DNA of 64,000 nucleotides, taken from the NCBI GenBank assembly GCA_036172245.1, contig JAYWIR010000008.1, positions 1,798,001 to 1,862,000 of the forward strand. Direction: 5' to 3'. The position numbers were made by a program, and so were the translations under genes. Source of the stretch: Raillietiella orientalis. Taxonomy: Eukaryota. Below the pieces are notes generated by a model. That model saw only the letters and a list, made by a program, of their open reading frames with translations. It had not been told where the DNA came from and searched no databases. This document shows, one piece after another, positions 12,621 through 26,340 of this stretch; within the stretch, counting starts at the first letter, position 1, and each line of letters opens with the position of its first letter.

Positions 12621-13419
12621 GATGTTCCCATAAGAGTCTGCGACAAAGGTCCGGAAGGCACGAGAGCACCACGCGTCCTCACGAGAATGCTTAATCGTGT
12701 GTTGCGAGCGTTCTCCGTTTCACGAGGAAAGAGCAAATAAATGTTCTCCTCTGGTACTTCTCGGGAGAGAGGTGCCCTACGCGTCGTGACGACAGATTCT
12801 GCTTGAGGCGAAAGCGCCACTTCTTCTATTGGACTTGCATCTCGGCTGAGAAGATGACGCTTTTACGCTGTCGGCAATGTCTCCCTCTTTTTCTGCGCCA
12901 TCTCGAAGAGGGAATCCTTTTTTTTTTTTCCCCCTCTTGGAAGCAACCATGGATAGCTTGCGGTCTAGGAACTCGTCACTCGTGGATATTAATGGACGTC
13001 GGAAACACTCACCTGTTCTGGAAACAGGAGCAATTTGCAATGCTGTGGAATTCTATCGCATCTTTTTTTTTCTTCTTCTTTTGTAGGAAACTGCGGTTCC
13101 CATGGAGCTGAACATTTTCACGAGTCGCTGGGAATGCTCCCCGTAAGTCTTTCCGAGAAGCAGTGGGTGGAACGCTCCTTTGTCAACTCGTGGATCCCTC
13201 ACGGATCTCCCGGCATGGTATGGTGTCCCTGCACGTCAAGATCGGGATCATCCATCGACTGGCGACTCTCTCGGAGACGAATCTTACTCATCACTGGAGT
13301 TTGCAATTGAAAGAACTTCCTGTCGTGGGAACGAGGAACCTCCAGCATTTTTTTTTTTTTTAGCGGATGGGGTCAGAGACGAGACGGGGCATCGCCAGCT
13401 CGCCCCATGAAATTTTTCC

Positions 13420-15650
13420 CTGTTCAATGTTCTAAGTGATTTCTCTCCTGCATGCCTGCTATTCTGACGTGCGCGTTTGCCAGAATGGAAAAGACGCTGC
13501 TCATGTAGAAAGGAGCGTTTCCGATCCTCTGAGGCCTCTGCGTCGTCGTCGAGGTACGGAATGCAGCAGGAAGAGGATAGCGACGGGAGCACCTTCACCA
13601 TCGTGACCTTCCTTCTAGAGGAGTACAACGAGATGGCTGTAACCGTGAATTTGGGAATGGATCCTTCCAGAATCCTGTGCAGAATGCAGAGGACTCCGGA
13701 AGATTGCAGGCGACTTCCTCTCCGACACTGCTCCCCCACAAAAGAAGTTACATGTGTGTATATTTCTTTCTTGATTTCATACCCCTGGTTCTCCTCCCTC
13801 GAGAAGGACCTCCTTAACAAGTCATCCGGCTTCTTACTAACTGTTTCAGAGTTCTTCGAACTTTCACAAACCCTCATGTGCTGCTCTGCGTCCCTTTATT
13901 TTTTTCGCACGTCTGTTGTCAAAAGTTGCCATTAGCTTCCCGGCGTGGCCGGATGTCCCGAGGTTTCTCTTCTGAGAATTGATATTCTGATTTCAAAGTG
14001 CCTCATTCTGGATCTTCTCGGAAGAAGGAGATAATCTCTAGGCATGGTAACAGGAATGAGAAAGACCATTTCGCAAGCCTCCCTACGGCAAAGCTCGCGG
14101 TGCTTTTCAGCCTTCTTAAAAGGACCATCCCTAACTCCCCGAGTTAGCAGCAAATTTCTTCCTTGCTGGAGACTCTGGTATTTCCGTGCATGCGCAAGAA
14201 TAGAACGCGGAAGGATTGGCACCATGCTCTGTTCATTTGCATACTTCAATGTTCGTATAGGCACCTAATCTGCCTGCATCTAAGGGCCCCGTGACGTCAC
14301 TGGATGAATAATGCTGGATTTTCAAAGTCGTAAGAGCGTTAGAGCCCTGAGAAACGAGGGAAAATGCAAAGTACAGCAATAGGAACCCGTGCTTAATCTT
14401 CAAGTGCATCCATTGGGAACACTGGATAAACCGAAATGGTTCATACGGTGTCCACAATGAGGGGATTTACTGTGACCACTCTAACTTTTGATCCTGCTGA
14501 CAATGCTGATCTTGTTAACGTGATCTTGCTAACGGACGTTCCCATTTTCTTTTTCTTCTTTTCCGAAGATGCGGCTGCTTCGTGGTCAAGACCGAAATGG
14601 AGCGTGTGCACACCAGCCACACCGGTCATTCTCGTCCTTCTACAAAGTGATCAGGTAAAGGCGCATGGGAAAGAAGAGAATCGTGGCACTAATACTTCTC
14701 TCTCTCTCGCTATGGGTGCATCCACAGCTCTGAAGCAAAAACCTGAGATCTCGTGGCATCACCAGAAGTCCGTTCGTGAGATGCCAACTCCACATCGAAA
14801 TGAAAGCCTCGATGTTCTTGCGCAGCATCCTGGAAGGCGAAGACGATGAACGGTGCTGGAGGTGTGTGCACGGTCCTTAGATACATCGTGCAAACGCCTC
14901 CCAGTGCAAGAAAAGCAAGACCAGTCTCCGTACCTGACGACTCTGAATCGTCCCCTGCTGAATACTTGTTGCTGAAACTATTCTCTGAAACCATTCACTT
15001 CCTCTTTGCTAACTGCAAAGTATTTCCCCTTCATGTCAAAGTGAGCTGCCTCGGATTCCTGTTCCATGAGATCTAAAATCCCGGCGTCCCCGAGATGATA
15101 TGTTCCTCATTTCGTGAGTGACGAGACGAGTTTTAATTATTTTTCGCCCTCTCCACCTCGAGTTTTACAATTGAAGTTAATCCAAGAAGAGCTTTCTTCC
15201 AAGCACCCTTTTGAGTTTCTTCATTGATTGGCGTAACCATCTCTCCACTTCCTTTTCACGCGAAAGAGTAATGATCATCTTAAACTGAAGATTTCCCTTT
15301 ACTCTTTCAAAGGAACAAAGGGAAGAGCGATTTTCGTGATAACCACTCTTAGCATATCTGCTCATGGTAGGAAATGGTGGTCGTCGTTTCCCTGATTGCC
15401 GAATCCTCATCCCCGTGGTACCAGCAGGTGTGCTTTCTACTAGTGGATACATCCCTTCAGCCTTTCGAACATCTGGACTGCTATCCCTGAGAACTTTTCT
15501 GTCATGTAAGATCCCATGAATATCGTCACGTTCACGAGGAAGATACCCTTCTGAGTTGCAGCACAAGCAGTCGAATGACTCGAGATACAGCGGGAACTGT
15601 CTACTGGAACAGGTTACAGAGCGAGGCCGGTCATGTATTTTGAAAGAATT
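13420..15650 (+). pseudogene. Decayed PLS-class PPR gene segment
   Basis: MQQEEDSDGSTFTIVTFL, FRACARIERGRI, KSVREMP, NESLDVLAQ, TVLEVCA, EVNPRRAFF; numerous stops. Confidence 0.55.
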
Positions 15651-15999
15651 TATAATGGACGTGCTTTTCCATCGACGAGGCATGGATGGAGAGCACGGAG
15701 TAGAGTAAGCGGAAGAATCGATCGGGAACGCGGATCGGGAACGAAAGGGAGAGAAACATTGGGCTCAGTGGGTGAGACGAAAACTTCAGATACGGACTTG
15801 CGGCCACTTGGAATTCTTCACGGATAAAAAAGCTCTCACATAAGACCCTAGGATTATCCAGAATATTGAATCGAAAATGGTCGCAGTATATGTGGTTGTT
15901 CAAGCCGACAGACAAGCACCACTGAGGTGCTGCAAAGGGAGAAGGAATTCCGAGTGGGAGAGGAACGTGGTCAAAGAGTCAGGGGCGGGTGCCAGATTT

Positions 16000-17150
16000 T
16001 TGCGCCATGAGTTCTCAGCAAGTGAAAAAAGCCGCGCGCTCGTTTCACCGTTGAATAGCAACTCCTGAAGCTGTTCTATATTTCTCTGGTTTCCAGAAGT
16101 ACCTCCGCTGCTTGTGTTTTACATCGCTAATGAATGCGCCAAGTTGCGAAGAAAGAGCAAACATTGATATTGCAGTAAATTTTGTCTTGGATGCGGCACT
16201 GCAGCCTGGTGCCATCAAAACAGCTCGAGTATCCAATTTGCATGCGCGCTGAAAATGGATTCATGGTGACATACGAAGCTCGAGGGCCAATGGGTTTCCT
16301 CCCATCATTTTGGAAAAGAACCAAATGGAGCACAGAGAGAGTTGCATTCTTCGCACCGACGTGCCCAACCAACCATCGCCCCCAGTTGCCGACATCCAGC
16401 GTGCTCCGAACGGCAAGTAAGGATAAAGGACGTAATTTGAATGCTGACTTCATTGCTTCTCATAAATGCAAGTGCCCAGGTACTCCTGCGGAGACGGTTC
16501 CGTGTGCAAGACCAGGCCTCCAAAGCCGTCGAGATAATTCGCTGGATTTTGCCCCCTCATTTAGACATGGAAATCACTTCGTTAGATGCGATGACTGCAT
16601 ACGTGAATGCTCCATAGCCTCCTTTCTAACTTCGGAAGACACGAAGCTTTGCGAAAAACGGAAAAGCTTCCGCCATTTTGTTTCAATGCAGACTACCGGC
16701 ATTGAAATGGGACGGTCAAAGAAGGAAACGCTTTCTCAGAACTTGGAAAGATGAAACAGCGGCTCAACCACGCCTCCTGCTTGCATGGAAAGAAAGGGGA
16801 AAGCATTCTCTCTTGAATAGATCCATCTACATTTCTAAGGTAATGAGGGAACACGGCAAAGATCGGGATGGACTCTTGATGGAAAGCAGCAAAAGATTTC
16901 ATGGGAAGGCTGCAGAGAATGGATTTTCGATCCTTGGCTGAACCTGCGCGCGAGGGAGACGAACAGAAACGCAATGATTTCCTGAAGTATGTTTAGGGTG
17001 TGCTTGAGATGCAACTTCTCATCGGGATAAACTCGAAATTCCAGGAAAAGAACGCGGAAATTCACGGCCAAGGAGTAGCCCTGGATCCTTTTAAACAGCT
17101 TGCATCTTTCCATATTGCATGCAGCTGAAATGCGGCATTTGAAATCGTTC
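16000..17150 (-). mobile_element. Decayed LINE RT fragment
   Basis: AVNFRVLFLEF, LARRFSQGSKIHS (RGxRQGxPLS-like), FTYAVI (YADD-like), RRYFWK, in the expected order. Confidence 0.45.
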
Positions 17151-17349
17151 CTCGCCGCGGAAAGGAACAGAATGAACTCGCACTCCTCGGGAGGAACTCA
17201 TATTCCTTCTTTCTGCGTGTCATATGTATAGATATGCGCGCTCACCAGTGTACACGAACGCGTGAATGCGTAATGCGTGAATGCGGAAACTTTGAGAACA
17301 GCTAAAGTGCTAGACTTTAAGGCAACAGAAGATCCATGAAAATTTAAAA

Positions 17350-19060
17350 GTCGGTGCTTTCTAGTTTCACCCTAGCCAACTTCTGCTACCCAACTGATCA
17401 GGGAAAACATTCAGGAAGGGTCTGGAGTTGTCGATCTGCTTAGGAATAAGTCCGTTCTCCGCGAGGGATTGCTGCAGCTAAATTTCTGTTCGGAGCTCAG
17501 CTTGCAAGGGAAAGCGTTGTCTGATGTTTCAGAGTCATCGCTAGTCCTCCTGCCGTTCCAGAAACTTCAGCGCTTAGAAGCCTTGAGTGTCCATCTTTCA
17601 GGTGACTCCAGAGGAATTTCGTGCCAGCGCCCCTTGAAAGTGCTGTTGCAGGACTCCAGGAAGTAGTTCGGAGTGGCCGTCACACTCTATGCTGCAGCGC
17701 TGTCTGCCACCCGGAGCAAGCGATGGCAGCGACCAACCGACAGGGAGGGAGTCCTCCTGACCCACTGTAAGAGTAACTCGAATTCAAAGCTTCAGTCCAA
17801 GGGACTGCTTCGGTGGTGGTAACTCCTTGGTGTGTCCTTCGCAGAAGTAGTGATCCTTGTCCTTTGTATGAATGCTCCGCTGCTGCCCTACCCTGGTCAA
17901 CTTCCGTTGTGACCCCTTCTTCATGAAACGCGAAAACCCTGAACTTTTCATCTCATTCATCGCTGGAGCACGGACTTTGGGAGATCTGGACAAGACAACA
18001 ACTTCTCTGCGAGTCGGATGAAACCGACGTCCAGAAACTGAATCTCGCAGCAGAAACCTGCCACGTTGAGGAACAGCACCTCAAGAACGAGATCCAAACA
18101 CGAGAGCCAATGAGAGCACGAAGTTTATCTCCTGGAACATCATCGTTCCCTATCTTTAGGAGGATTTTTTTTCCTACTGGAGAGTGTGCTCTTCAAATGG
18201 GATACTATCCTCTCGAAGCATTCCTAGGAGAGAGCATCTTTCTCCCAATTCGGTTTGCAGCTTCACATCCGTCAAGAATCCGAAGTAACAACTGCACGTG
18301 TCCGCAGGATCTTTCCTCTAAAGTGAACGAATCTGCGTTGGCTGGAGTCCGAAACGGGTAAACTTCCAAGTGTTGAACATCCTTCTTGTGCCAGTGCTGG
18401 TCTCTTGATCGGGAAGCATCAACATGGCAATTTTTCTGGGGGTAGAATGGCTCCTAGAGGGCCGTTACCTGAGAATTCCAAGCGAGTTTTCGGAAGAGGG
18501 GAGAAATGATTTCGGGGGCTAGGAGAAACCTGGAAAAGCAAAGGATGGTTTCTCGGACGAGCAAAAGATTTAACTTCCTTCCCTCTAGCATGTGGAGGCG
18601 GAGAAGGCAGCAAAAAGATTCCTCAGTGATTTACAAAAAGACTGCAGGGCGTTATCCTACTCCCCCGACAGGCGATGATGCAGTCTACCCATCCGTACAG
18701 CACCCTGAGATTCAGCAAATCTTCGGAAAGTTGGACGGCACCCCTGTGAATCTCAAGAGATGAGTCTCATGCCTGCCTTCGTAGTCACGATATCATGCCG
18801 CTCCCGATGCAGCTCGTGCTGAGGCGGGCATTCACCTTCCCAGTCGTCTTCTTCATGTTGCAGGGAGAGAAGCTGCGGAAGATCCTACAGGCAAAGGAAA
18901 TCGAAAATCCCAGAGGTTTGTTTTCATTTCTCCAGAATCGACAGATTGCCCCTCCCGTACCCCTTATCTCAGCTGCAGCCTCCGAATCGTCGTTCGCTAT
19001 TACAAGGTCTGGTGAAAAGGTGAAGTAGAATGAGATCTGAAGAAAATGAAGGAGATTGAC
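17350..19060 (+). pseudogene. Decayed PLS/E-class PPR gene
   Basis: MRARSLSPGTSSF, SCASAGLLIGKHQH (cf. ACASxGxLxxGKxIH), ENSKRVFGR, and an E-domain-like end YLSCSL...YYKVW*KGEVE*DLKKMKE. Confidence 0.55.
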
Positions 19061-19359
19061 TACATATGTCCAGGATGGTGCTGGGGCCGCTCTGGTGGCG
19101 GCGATCCTAACTTGCGGATCAGGGGTTTGGTTAGAGTTCAGGGAGGAAAGGCCCCCTGTCCCCTCCTTTCCATAGTTAACCAGTCATCTTTATCATTGTC
19201 AGATTCTCAAGCCAGCTGACTCTCGTTTAAGCGAAGAGAAAACGGAAATTCATATCAGGAAAAACGAAAGAATAAAGAGTGCCCTTGGGGTCGAAACTGA
19301 CCTCAACTTATTCTCGAACTTTAAACCCTAGAGCTTGGGCTGTCAGATCTGCGCGCGCG

Positions 19360-19960
19360 CCCTCCAGTGCATGGAACTTTAGTGAGCACAGATGGAGCTG
19401 CAGCCTCCCATGGTACTCTTGTCAGATCCTATGAAGTGTGTTTGTTGCTATGGGCAGCGGCGGCAGTGGTAACCGCCGAACTCGGAGCCCACGGAATAAG
19501 TGTGGCACTTCGGCATGTCAGGTGCTACCTCGTGTGCCGAAGCAAGCCGGCACCTGTGGTTCCCGAAGATGGCTGAAGACTAAGCATCAGCGTGGCCTCA
19601 ACTGCCGGGACAGGATCGTTCCTGCCTTCCGGCTCTCCTCTGGTGTGCAAGTAAGACATCTTCCTCGGGTTCATTCGGGAAAGAGGATCGTGACGGCACA
19701 CTCAGAAGAGTTGGGTCTGCGAGCTGACCTGGAGATGCTGCCATTGGCTCAGATCTCCAGATCAGAATCCTGGAGGTATGTCATGAAGGTCATTTCCATG
19801 CAAACAACCTCTAGGAACGGTTCAACAGATACTATATCCCAGGAGAGGCACCGGAGCATTCGTCCTCAGCGAGAAGTCAGCATTTCTGGAGCGGAACTTT
19901 CCGGAACCTCTTGCTACCTTCCGAGAATGAGTGCTCCGGTTGAGAAGACCGAGAACTTCC
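19360..19960 (+). pseudogene. Decayed PLS-class PPR N-terminal segment, cut by a LINE
   Basis: HGTLVRSYEVCLLLWAAAAV (cf. GTALVxMYxKCGxLxxA), DRIVPAFRL, HSGKRIVTAHSEELGLRADL. Confidence 0.6.
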
Positions 19961-21150
19961 CATCATCTCATGGAAACCCTCGAAGAGGCGCCCATAAGAT
20001 ACGGGCGAATCTGAAAAGTGTTGTTTTCAATTTCCCAGGTGGGGGGCACCTCGACGCGATCTTTTAAAAGATCTTCGTCCAGTGGGTGGCATCCCTGCCA
20101 TTTTGCTCTCTTGTCGCGTTCCAGCATGCCACAATTCCGCAGATGCAGCAGAGAACTGCTAAGGACGCGGCTGTAGGCAGATCGGTACGCATGAGGAGGC
20201 GTCGGAAAAGATCCCTGGGTTCGCCCTCCGGAGTTTCTAGGATCGTCGAGAGACGATTCCAAAGGGGACAAAGGGCAGAGAAGTCTACCATTAAGCGCAG
20301 GAAGGTCTCCTTTTCGCCACACTTTGCTCAATGGGAATCAACACTCCTCCGCGTCCAATGATGGGAGCGTGCTTTGCATGGGATTCCCCAATGCAACCCC
20401 AGCAACGTCCCAATGCAACCAGCTCTTGCCATTTGAGGTAGAGGGTGCCATTGTCCCAACACTCTGGAGCCCACTTCACCTCTCCCGGAGGTATCGTGAG
20501 CAGCTGGCCCCACCGTAGAAGTCGAGGTTTTGGAGGGGCACTCGGGGTCGCAGCATCTGCCGGCTGCCGAGATGTGCACGCACATAAAAGTTTCTTGTTT
20601 CCTGCTACGTAGCAGGACACACCTCCCACCACGAATTCCCTCTAGGTGAGGTGCGCTCTCAGATAGTTTCCCTCCTCCACCCACAGCTTCACGGCACTCA
20701 TTCCATGTGGTTCCCGGAGGGCTGGCATTTTGATTTCGTCTCCGGTCACCCTGATGAGTTTGGAATGGGATTGCGAGATGGTTCCCTGAAAAGTCTGGGG
20801 GGCGAGTTTGTGATCTTCCCTCCGGAAATTTATGATTCTTGTTCCTCTGCTCTTCTCGGAATGGACAGAAAATATGGTCTGTTCCTGCAAGATGTGATGT
20901 CTGCAACTGCGAAGGCATTTCTGCTAAGTTGTCCTCCGCCGATGGAGAGCCATTTTTAGCCGATTCGCTCTGTCACCTCATCATCGAAGTACAAAGAGCC
21001 TTCGTTGAATGTAGAAGAGCGCGCATTACTACAGTTATCAAGAATAATTCATCGATTCCTTCTTCTGTGCTGTGCGAAGAAACACAAAAGCATGCTTCCA
21101 TGGAAACGATGTTCCACTTTTCGATTCCGTGATTCGATTCGATTGGTTGA
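19960..21150 (-). mobile_element. L1/Tx1-type LINE 3' fragment
   Basis: LYLKWQ; zf-RVT-like AKCGEKETFLRLMVDFSALCPLW; VLCCICGIV; RCPHL. Homologous to the copies at 24.4, 25.6, 36.2 and 45.5 kb. Confidence 0.75.
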
Positions 21151-21449
21151 TTCGCACGCAATATCGTTCTGGCCACTTTGCCTCAAATCGAAATCAGCAG
21201 CTTCCAGTGTCAGTGGGCGACAGTTCTCCGAAAGTCACGCCTTTCAGGGTCCATTAATGTGCAATGTCTGGAGGCGGGTTTGCATCCGCAAGCAAAGACC
21301 GTCAGTTCAAAGAACGCGTGTTCAAGAATAGAATCTCTTGCCTGGAAAAAATGAAGTTTGTAAAGGCCTCTCCTTCACTTGAGTGAACGAATTCTTTCTG
21401 TCTTTATTTTGTCTTTATTTTTCTTTTCTTTTCTTTTTTTTTCAAAAAA

Positions 21450-24300
21450 AAGTCCATCATGCGGTCATAACTAGCAGAAGCATTTCGCAAATTTCGTTGT
21501 CAATGTAAAAAAGTCGATCCAATTTCGGCATGGTCAGCTACCATTCCACTTGATCATCCGCGATTAGAGGATGACGCGTGGGAAGAAATCACTGGATTTT
21601 TGATGGAGGAAAGGACAGATTCATTAGAAACTTGATGTGTTCTAATACTTCGATGATTCAGCAGTTAAATGGAGATTTGATCGCAACAGACTGGAGCTGC
21701 AGGGAGGGCTCGGGCCGCAGCAGAGTGTGCTTATGCTTGTGAGGCTCACGTTGCTCTGGTCTTCAGAGCAAGGTTAAGAGGCTCACGTCTGAGAGTGAAG
21801 AGTCAATAGAGCACTCTCGAGTGTTCATGCTGTGGTGTTCTCATGGAATAAGCCTCAGCAAGAATTGATTCTTGTGTTTCTTGGGGTGCAGAAGAGATCA
21901 GAATCTTTGCCCTTCGCGCTTGAAGCAAATCGGAACGAAGCCGTCTTTCGAAGGCTGATGCCGTGGGTGAATTGAAAGCAGGGATGAGGCGCCGTGAGAG
22001 AATGGCACCAGAATCGTGTGATACAGAGGAACAGATTTGGTTTTCTCCTTAATCTACAGAGTCGATGGCAAACACTCTGCCTGCAAAAGACTTTTAGCAT
22101 CGTACAACCGGAACGTGCCGCTACCTTATATGAAAATCGCATATTTGGGAAGCAGATTAGCAATGGAAGATCTCTTTTGATTCAGATCAACAGAAAGGGA
22201 ACGTTTGGAAGCATCCATGAACAAGGCTATGCAAGAAGAAGACTTTTTATGTCTAGCAAGACGATGAGAGTAAGGTTTAAGATGATATTCCAAGAAAGAT
22301 CTCTGAAAGCACATGAAAAGACGTCTTGAAAAAAAAAGGGAGAAACGGTTTCGAGGCTTCTGAGCTCGTCTGGGATCACGCAGTGTCATGGAATTCGAGA
22401 TGAGTTTGCATTTTACTCGAGAGTATGGAGCAGGCTTAAGGAGCACCAAAACATCTGTAGCCATGGAGAAGCTTTGTGATCAGTATGAAAGCACCTAATA
22501 CATTCGATGGAATCTCTGCTTTCTAAAAGCCCTCAAACTTTTAATTCTCACAGAATGCCAAGGCATGCCATAGTGGCAATTGATGGATCCAATCACGGAG
22601 AGAACTGAATCGTCTGCGGAGACTGAACGTTTGGATTGATAGCAGAAGACTTTCAAGGAAACCGAGGAGATCATCGGAAGACGCAAGTAGTAGAAAATGA
22701 TGTAGGAGAAAGATCTATTCAAGTTGGAGACCAGAAGTCACTGTCAAATGACGAAGAACCACAATTGCTTTGGTCGTGCAAAGAATGGTATTCCAGGAAA
22801 CTATAGATTCTAAATCTGACTGATGCCAATCACAGCTAGCATGAGAAGCTTTTGAAAGTCCAAGAAATCTTCAGGAATTCGAGTATGCTTATCGACCGTT
22901 CTCTTGCAGTCAGTTTCTAACACGAAAGAGTTGCCAGAGTACTCGAATATTCTAGAGAACAAAAAAAACTAGGTCTCGTCGAGAATGCTAAAAAATGAGA
23001 TGACAGCTTCCGTTATCTCCTCTTTCACAGGGTATATCCACCTGCTAGACAAAATTTCCTTACGTTTTCATAGACCTTGAAGAAAAACCTACACATCCCA
23101 AGCTAGACAGGAACTGAAAATTTGATGACACTGAAAATTTCATGGTCTTTTTGATTGGTAAGTGATCACAAGAAATAGACACGAAAGAGTTGCAGAGCAC
23201 TTTCAGCTGAGGGGATACCATCATTAGGTTTGTGACTATTATCACGAAAACTGCTCTTGTGCACAAGAGTGCAAGAGGACGAAAACCCATTCTGGATTGA
23301 GAAAGCACTCCAGATGTCAATGCATCAAAAACCTTTGACAGATATATGAATCCTGCTCTGAGACAGATGATGACTGAAATAATGATTTCAAAAGAGTTAA
23401 TCCTAAAACCTTGAAACTCTCACGCAAGTGTGATTGTAATGAAGCACAGACGGACATGCAATAGGTTTGTATTCTGGTCCTCGGCGTTTGATAAAAGGAG
23501 TAAAGCTGGAGGGGATTCATCCTCATTCTGTCATTCCGATGAGAGCACACCATCATAGGTCGAGGAACAGTGAAATCAGGTGTTGGAAAACCGTCCGTAG
23601 GTACATCAGGTATTTCTTTCATATTGTTTCTATATAGATGAGTTTAAAAAGAGGAAGCAGTTTGCCGTAAAAGTTTAAAGTCCAACGAATGGTTTCAAGT
23701 GCCCATGAAGTCTTTGCGACTCTTGATGATGAATGACTCGCGTGCCATCACAGACTCAAAAATCATCCTATGCGTAAACGAAAATCCATCTGTCATTCAC
23801 TCGTTGAGAACGACTTCGTGGCCTAATAGAGAACCAATTTCTTTTCCAAGCTCTAGCAAGTGGCAGTCTTATTGCGGAAACACCACCGGTGCAATGAAGG
23901 TAAAGCGTGCTGGTTTACACGATGCTTGCAGGACTCAAAGAGGAAAAATCTTCAGAATAAGAGGAATTCTGAATGAGGTCTGAGGCATAAGGAAGCTTCC
24001 AACCTCACTGTTGGAACAAGTTTTAATGCCTAGAGGAGATGTGATCAAAGAAGATGGAATAGCTGGATGGTTCGATCAAAGGAAGGCAATCTCCCTCGAA
24101 TGAAGATGGCATACATTTCTTGATGACGGCGTGCACTGATGTCGCAAACTACCAAGCACATACTCAACTTCAGCTCGAGATCCGTGAGAATCCTTCATCT
24201 CGATAAAAGCAATTTAGCGGAAACTACCTGGAATATTCCCGCTGCTTGTGGAAGCACTGCCCCTGTCCACCGATCCCTGCTTTTGTTTGCGCTCTCCTCC
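21450..24300 (+). pseudogene. Decayed PLS/E-class PPR gene
   Basis: KDRFIRNLM (cf. RDRFLGNLL), VGELKAG, LLNLQSRWQTL..QKTF, YIRWN, ALKLLILTECQGM, NASKTFDRY, AHEVFATL, GIAGWFDQ (GRAGxL-like). Confidence 0.65.
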
Positions 24301-24399
24301 TCGGTGTGGTGAAATGGACGAAAGACCTCCTTCGAAAAGCCCTCTGGGGAAATGGGAGGTCCCGAGTCCGAGTAAAAGACTAGTGCGCTCCTCGTCGCG

Positions 24400-25542
24400 A
24401 CGGAGGACTTAAACTCACGACGTTGGAGCGCATGGAAGTGCAACTGAACTTCTGAAGACTGACCTTCGTGGCAAACAACTGGGCCACCCATTGGTGCGCC
24501 CCTGCACGTTTGCTCTCCCGGATGGCGGTCGGTGGCGAAGGACTGGGAATCCTATTTGCGTGTCACAACCGCCGGCTCCCATCTTGGGGTTTTCCCCACC
24601 GGTATGTCGCTGCTCTGGTGAGAGCGAACACGTGGATTCGCTGCCGATCTGCAAATACTCCGGCCTGGAGGCAGGAGAAAGTGAGGACGTGGGCCCAGCT
24701 CACCCGGGAACCGCCGGAAGTTACCCTCTGCCGAGAGTTTCAGAACAGAGGAAGAACACTGGGGGAGGTGGGTAGTGAGCTGACTACGTTGGCCTACCTA
24801 CCAGCCACCCCCTTCGCCGCAGAAGTGTCCTTTGCTATCAAGGTACATGGCATCTGCCTACCGGCGAAGTGGGAGGTTTCCTGCGAGATCTCAGTCCGCA
24901 GGAAGCCCATTGGTGGCTGGACTTCGCGTCAGCTGGCTGACGCAGCAACAGCAAGAACCGCCTCCAAAGGACTGGAACATCGGGGCGAACTCTTCTCCAT
25001 TCGGCCCGAAGAGTTGGAAGTGCCCCCCTCGTTTATGGACAGAAAGCTGCTTCATCTCAAATGGCAGCAATCGGCGATGCTGATATTGCATTGGGGGTTT
25101 CCCGTGCAATGCACGTTGGCACCACTGGACGAGGGGAAGTGCATCGCCGAACTGTGGCAGGAGTGGAGAGAAGGAGACGTCCCTCCACCTCATATTACAG
25201 AGTGTCGCCCTCCGGCACTTGTGGAAACGTTTCTCTGCGTCCTTTCCGCATCCTGTGGACGATCTTAGAGACCATGTGAGACCCCTCTTCATGCGGGACG
25301 CCATGACGCCCGCAGCCGCAATCACAGAGCTGTGTTGCGTGCGCAGTGTCGTCGCTGCGAAGTGCGACGCCGAGAGAGACCGGAGCTATGGGGGGGCTGT
25401 CCTGCACGCCATCGGCTTCCTACAGATGGCTTTGAGGTGGCCACACCTGGAAAGGGAGAAGGAAGAGCTCGCCTACATCCTTCAACGAATGCAGAGGCCT
25501 CACCCACCACGAAATGTGATCCTTTCCCTTCCCCCCAACTAA
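24400..25542 (+). mobile_element. L1/Tx1-type LINE 3' fragment
   Basis: LLHLKWQ, ASPNCGRSGEKETSLHLILQ (zf-RVT), ELCCVRSVV, RWPHL. Confidence 0.8.
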
Positions 25543-26340
25543 TTTTTTTTTTTTTTTGTTTGCTATAGTTGGTTTCCATTTTCTATTTTTGTTTCATGTC
25601 CCTTCCCCTTCGTAGACGTGATGGACCTCTCCGCTCCCTCCTTCTTTCTAGTGTAATAATTGGTATTGGTGGGCCATCGGCTCCATCGATTCCTGTAAGA
25701 GAACAAACTCCCCAGCGCACCCTGCTGTGAAATCACCGAGCCAGTCGAGAGTCCTCTCGGTGCGAAGAACAGCCGCAGCACGTCTCAGGCGGTGCCCTCC
25801 TGGTGCAGGAATGCTGTTGCCAGCCTCCACCACAGTTCCTGGAAAACACCGCAGTCCAGAAGCATGTGTGGGATTGACTCCGTCGACCCGCACCTGACAC
25901 ACAGTTCGGAGATGCAACCCCTGCGGAAACTCGATGCCATCTCTCATTACACTGGAATCCTCAGTGGATGAAGGAGAGCAATACGGCCTGCTTTCAGTCG
26001 AGGGGAAACAACGGACCGTCCACACAATTGAGAGGGACCACAAGTTCTTCGGAGGCAGCACTCAAAAGTTCTCCCCACCGAAGGAGTCCTTTCGCCACAG
26101 AACGCAGAGTGGCAGCATCCACCAACTCACGCGTCTTCCAGGCACCAAGGAGTTTTTGTTTTTCCCGCGACGGTGCAGGGAAACTCCCACCTCGCCGATT
26201 GACTACTGTCATCTCTTGCCCTGAGGGCAGACAGTGCTGTTGGCGAGAGAGTGTTGGGGCCAGGATCGAAAACTTCCTTGTGTCCTGCATCACAGTCTCA
26301 GTAGCAGATGTTGCAGGGGAAAAGAAGGAGAAGTAGCCAC
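25543..26340 (-). mobile_element. L1/Tx1-type LINE 3' fragment with poly(A) tail
   Basis: GVASPNC(fs)RCGSTESIPHMLLDCGVFQELWWRLA = zf-RVT CxxC..E...H...C. T15 at 25543-25557 is its poly(A) tail on the minus strand. Confidence 0.8.

Noticed and set aside
13500..19100. Apparent minus-strand multi-exon gene with GT/AG-like borders
   Set aside because: Phases do not join without stops; the plus strand carries ordered PLS-PPR remnants that explain the sequence.
19323..19330. Telo-box-like AAACCCTA
   Set aside because: Single short match with no intact gene nearby; expected by chance.
21900..24200. AT-richer stretch considered as an endogenous RNA-virus polymerase
   Set aside because: No RdRp motifs found; repeated PLS motifs found instead.
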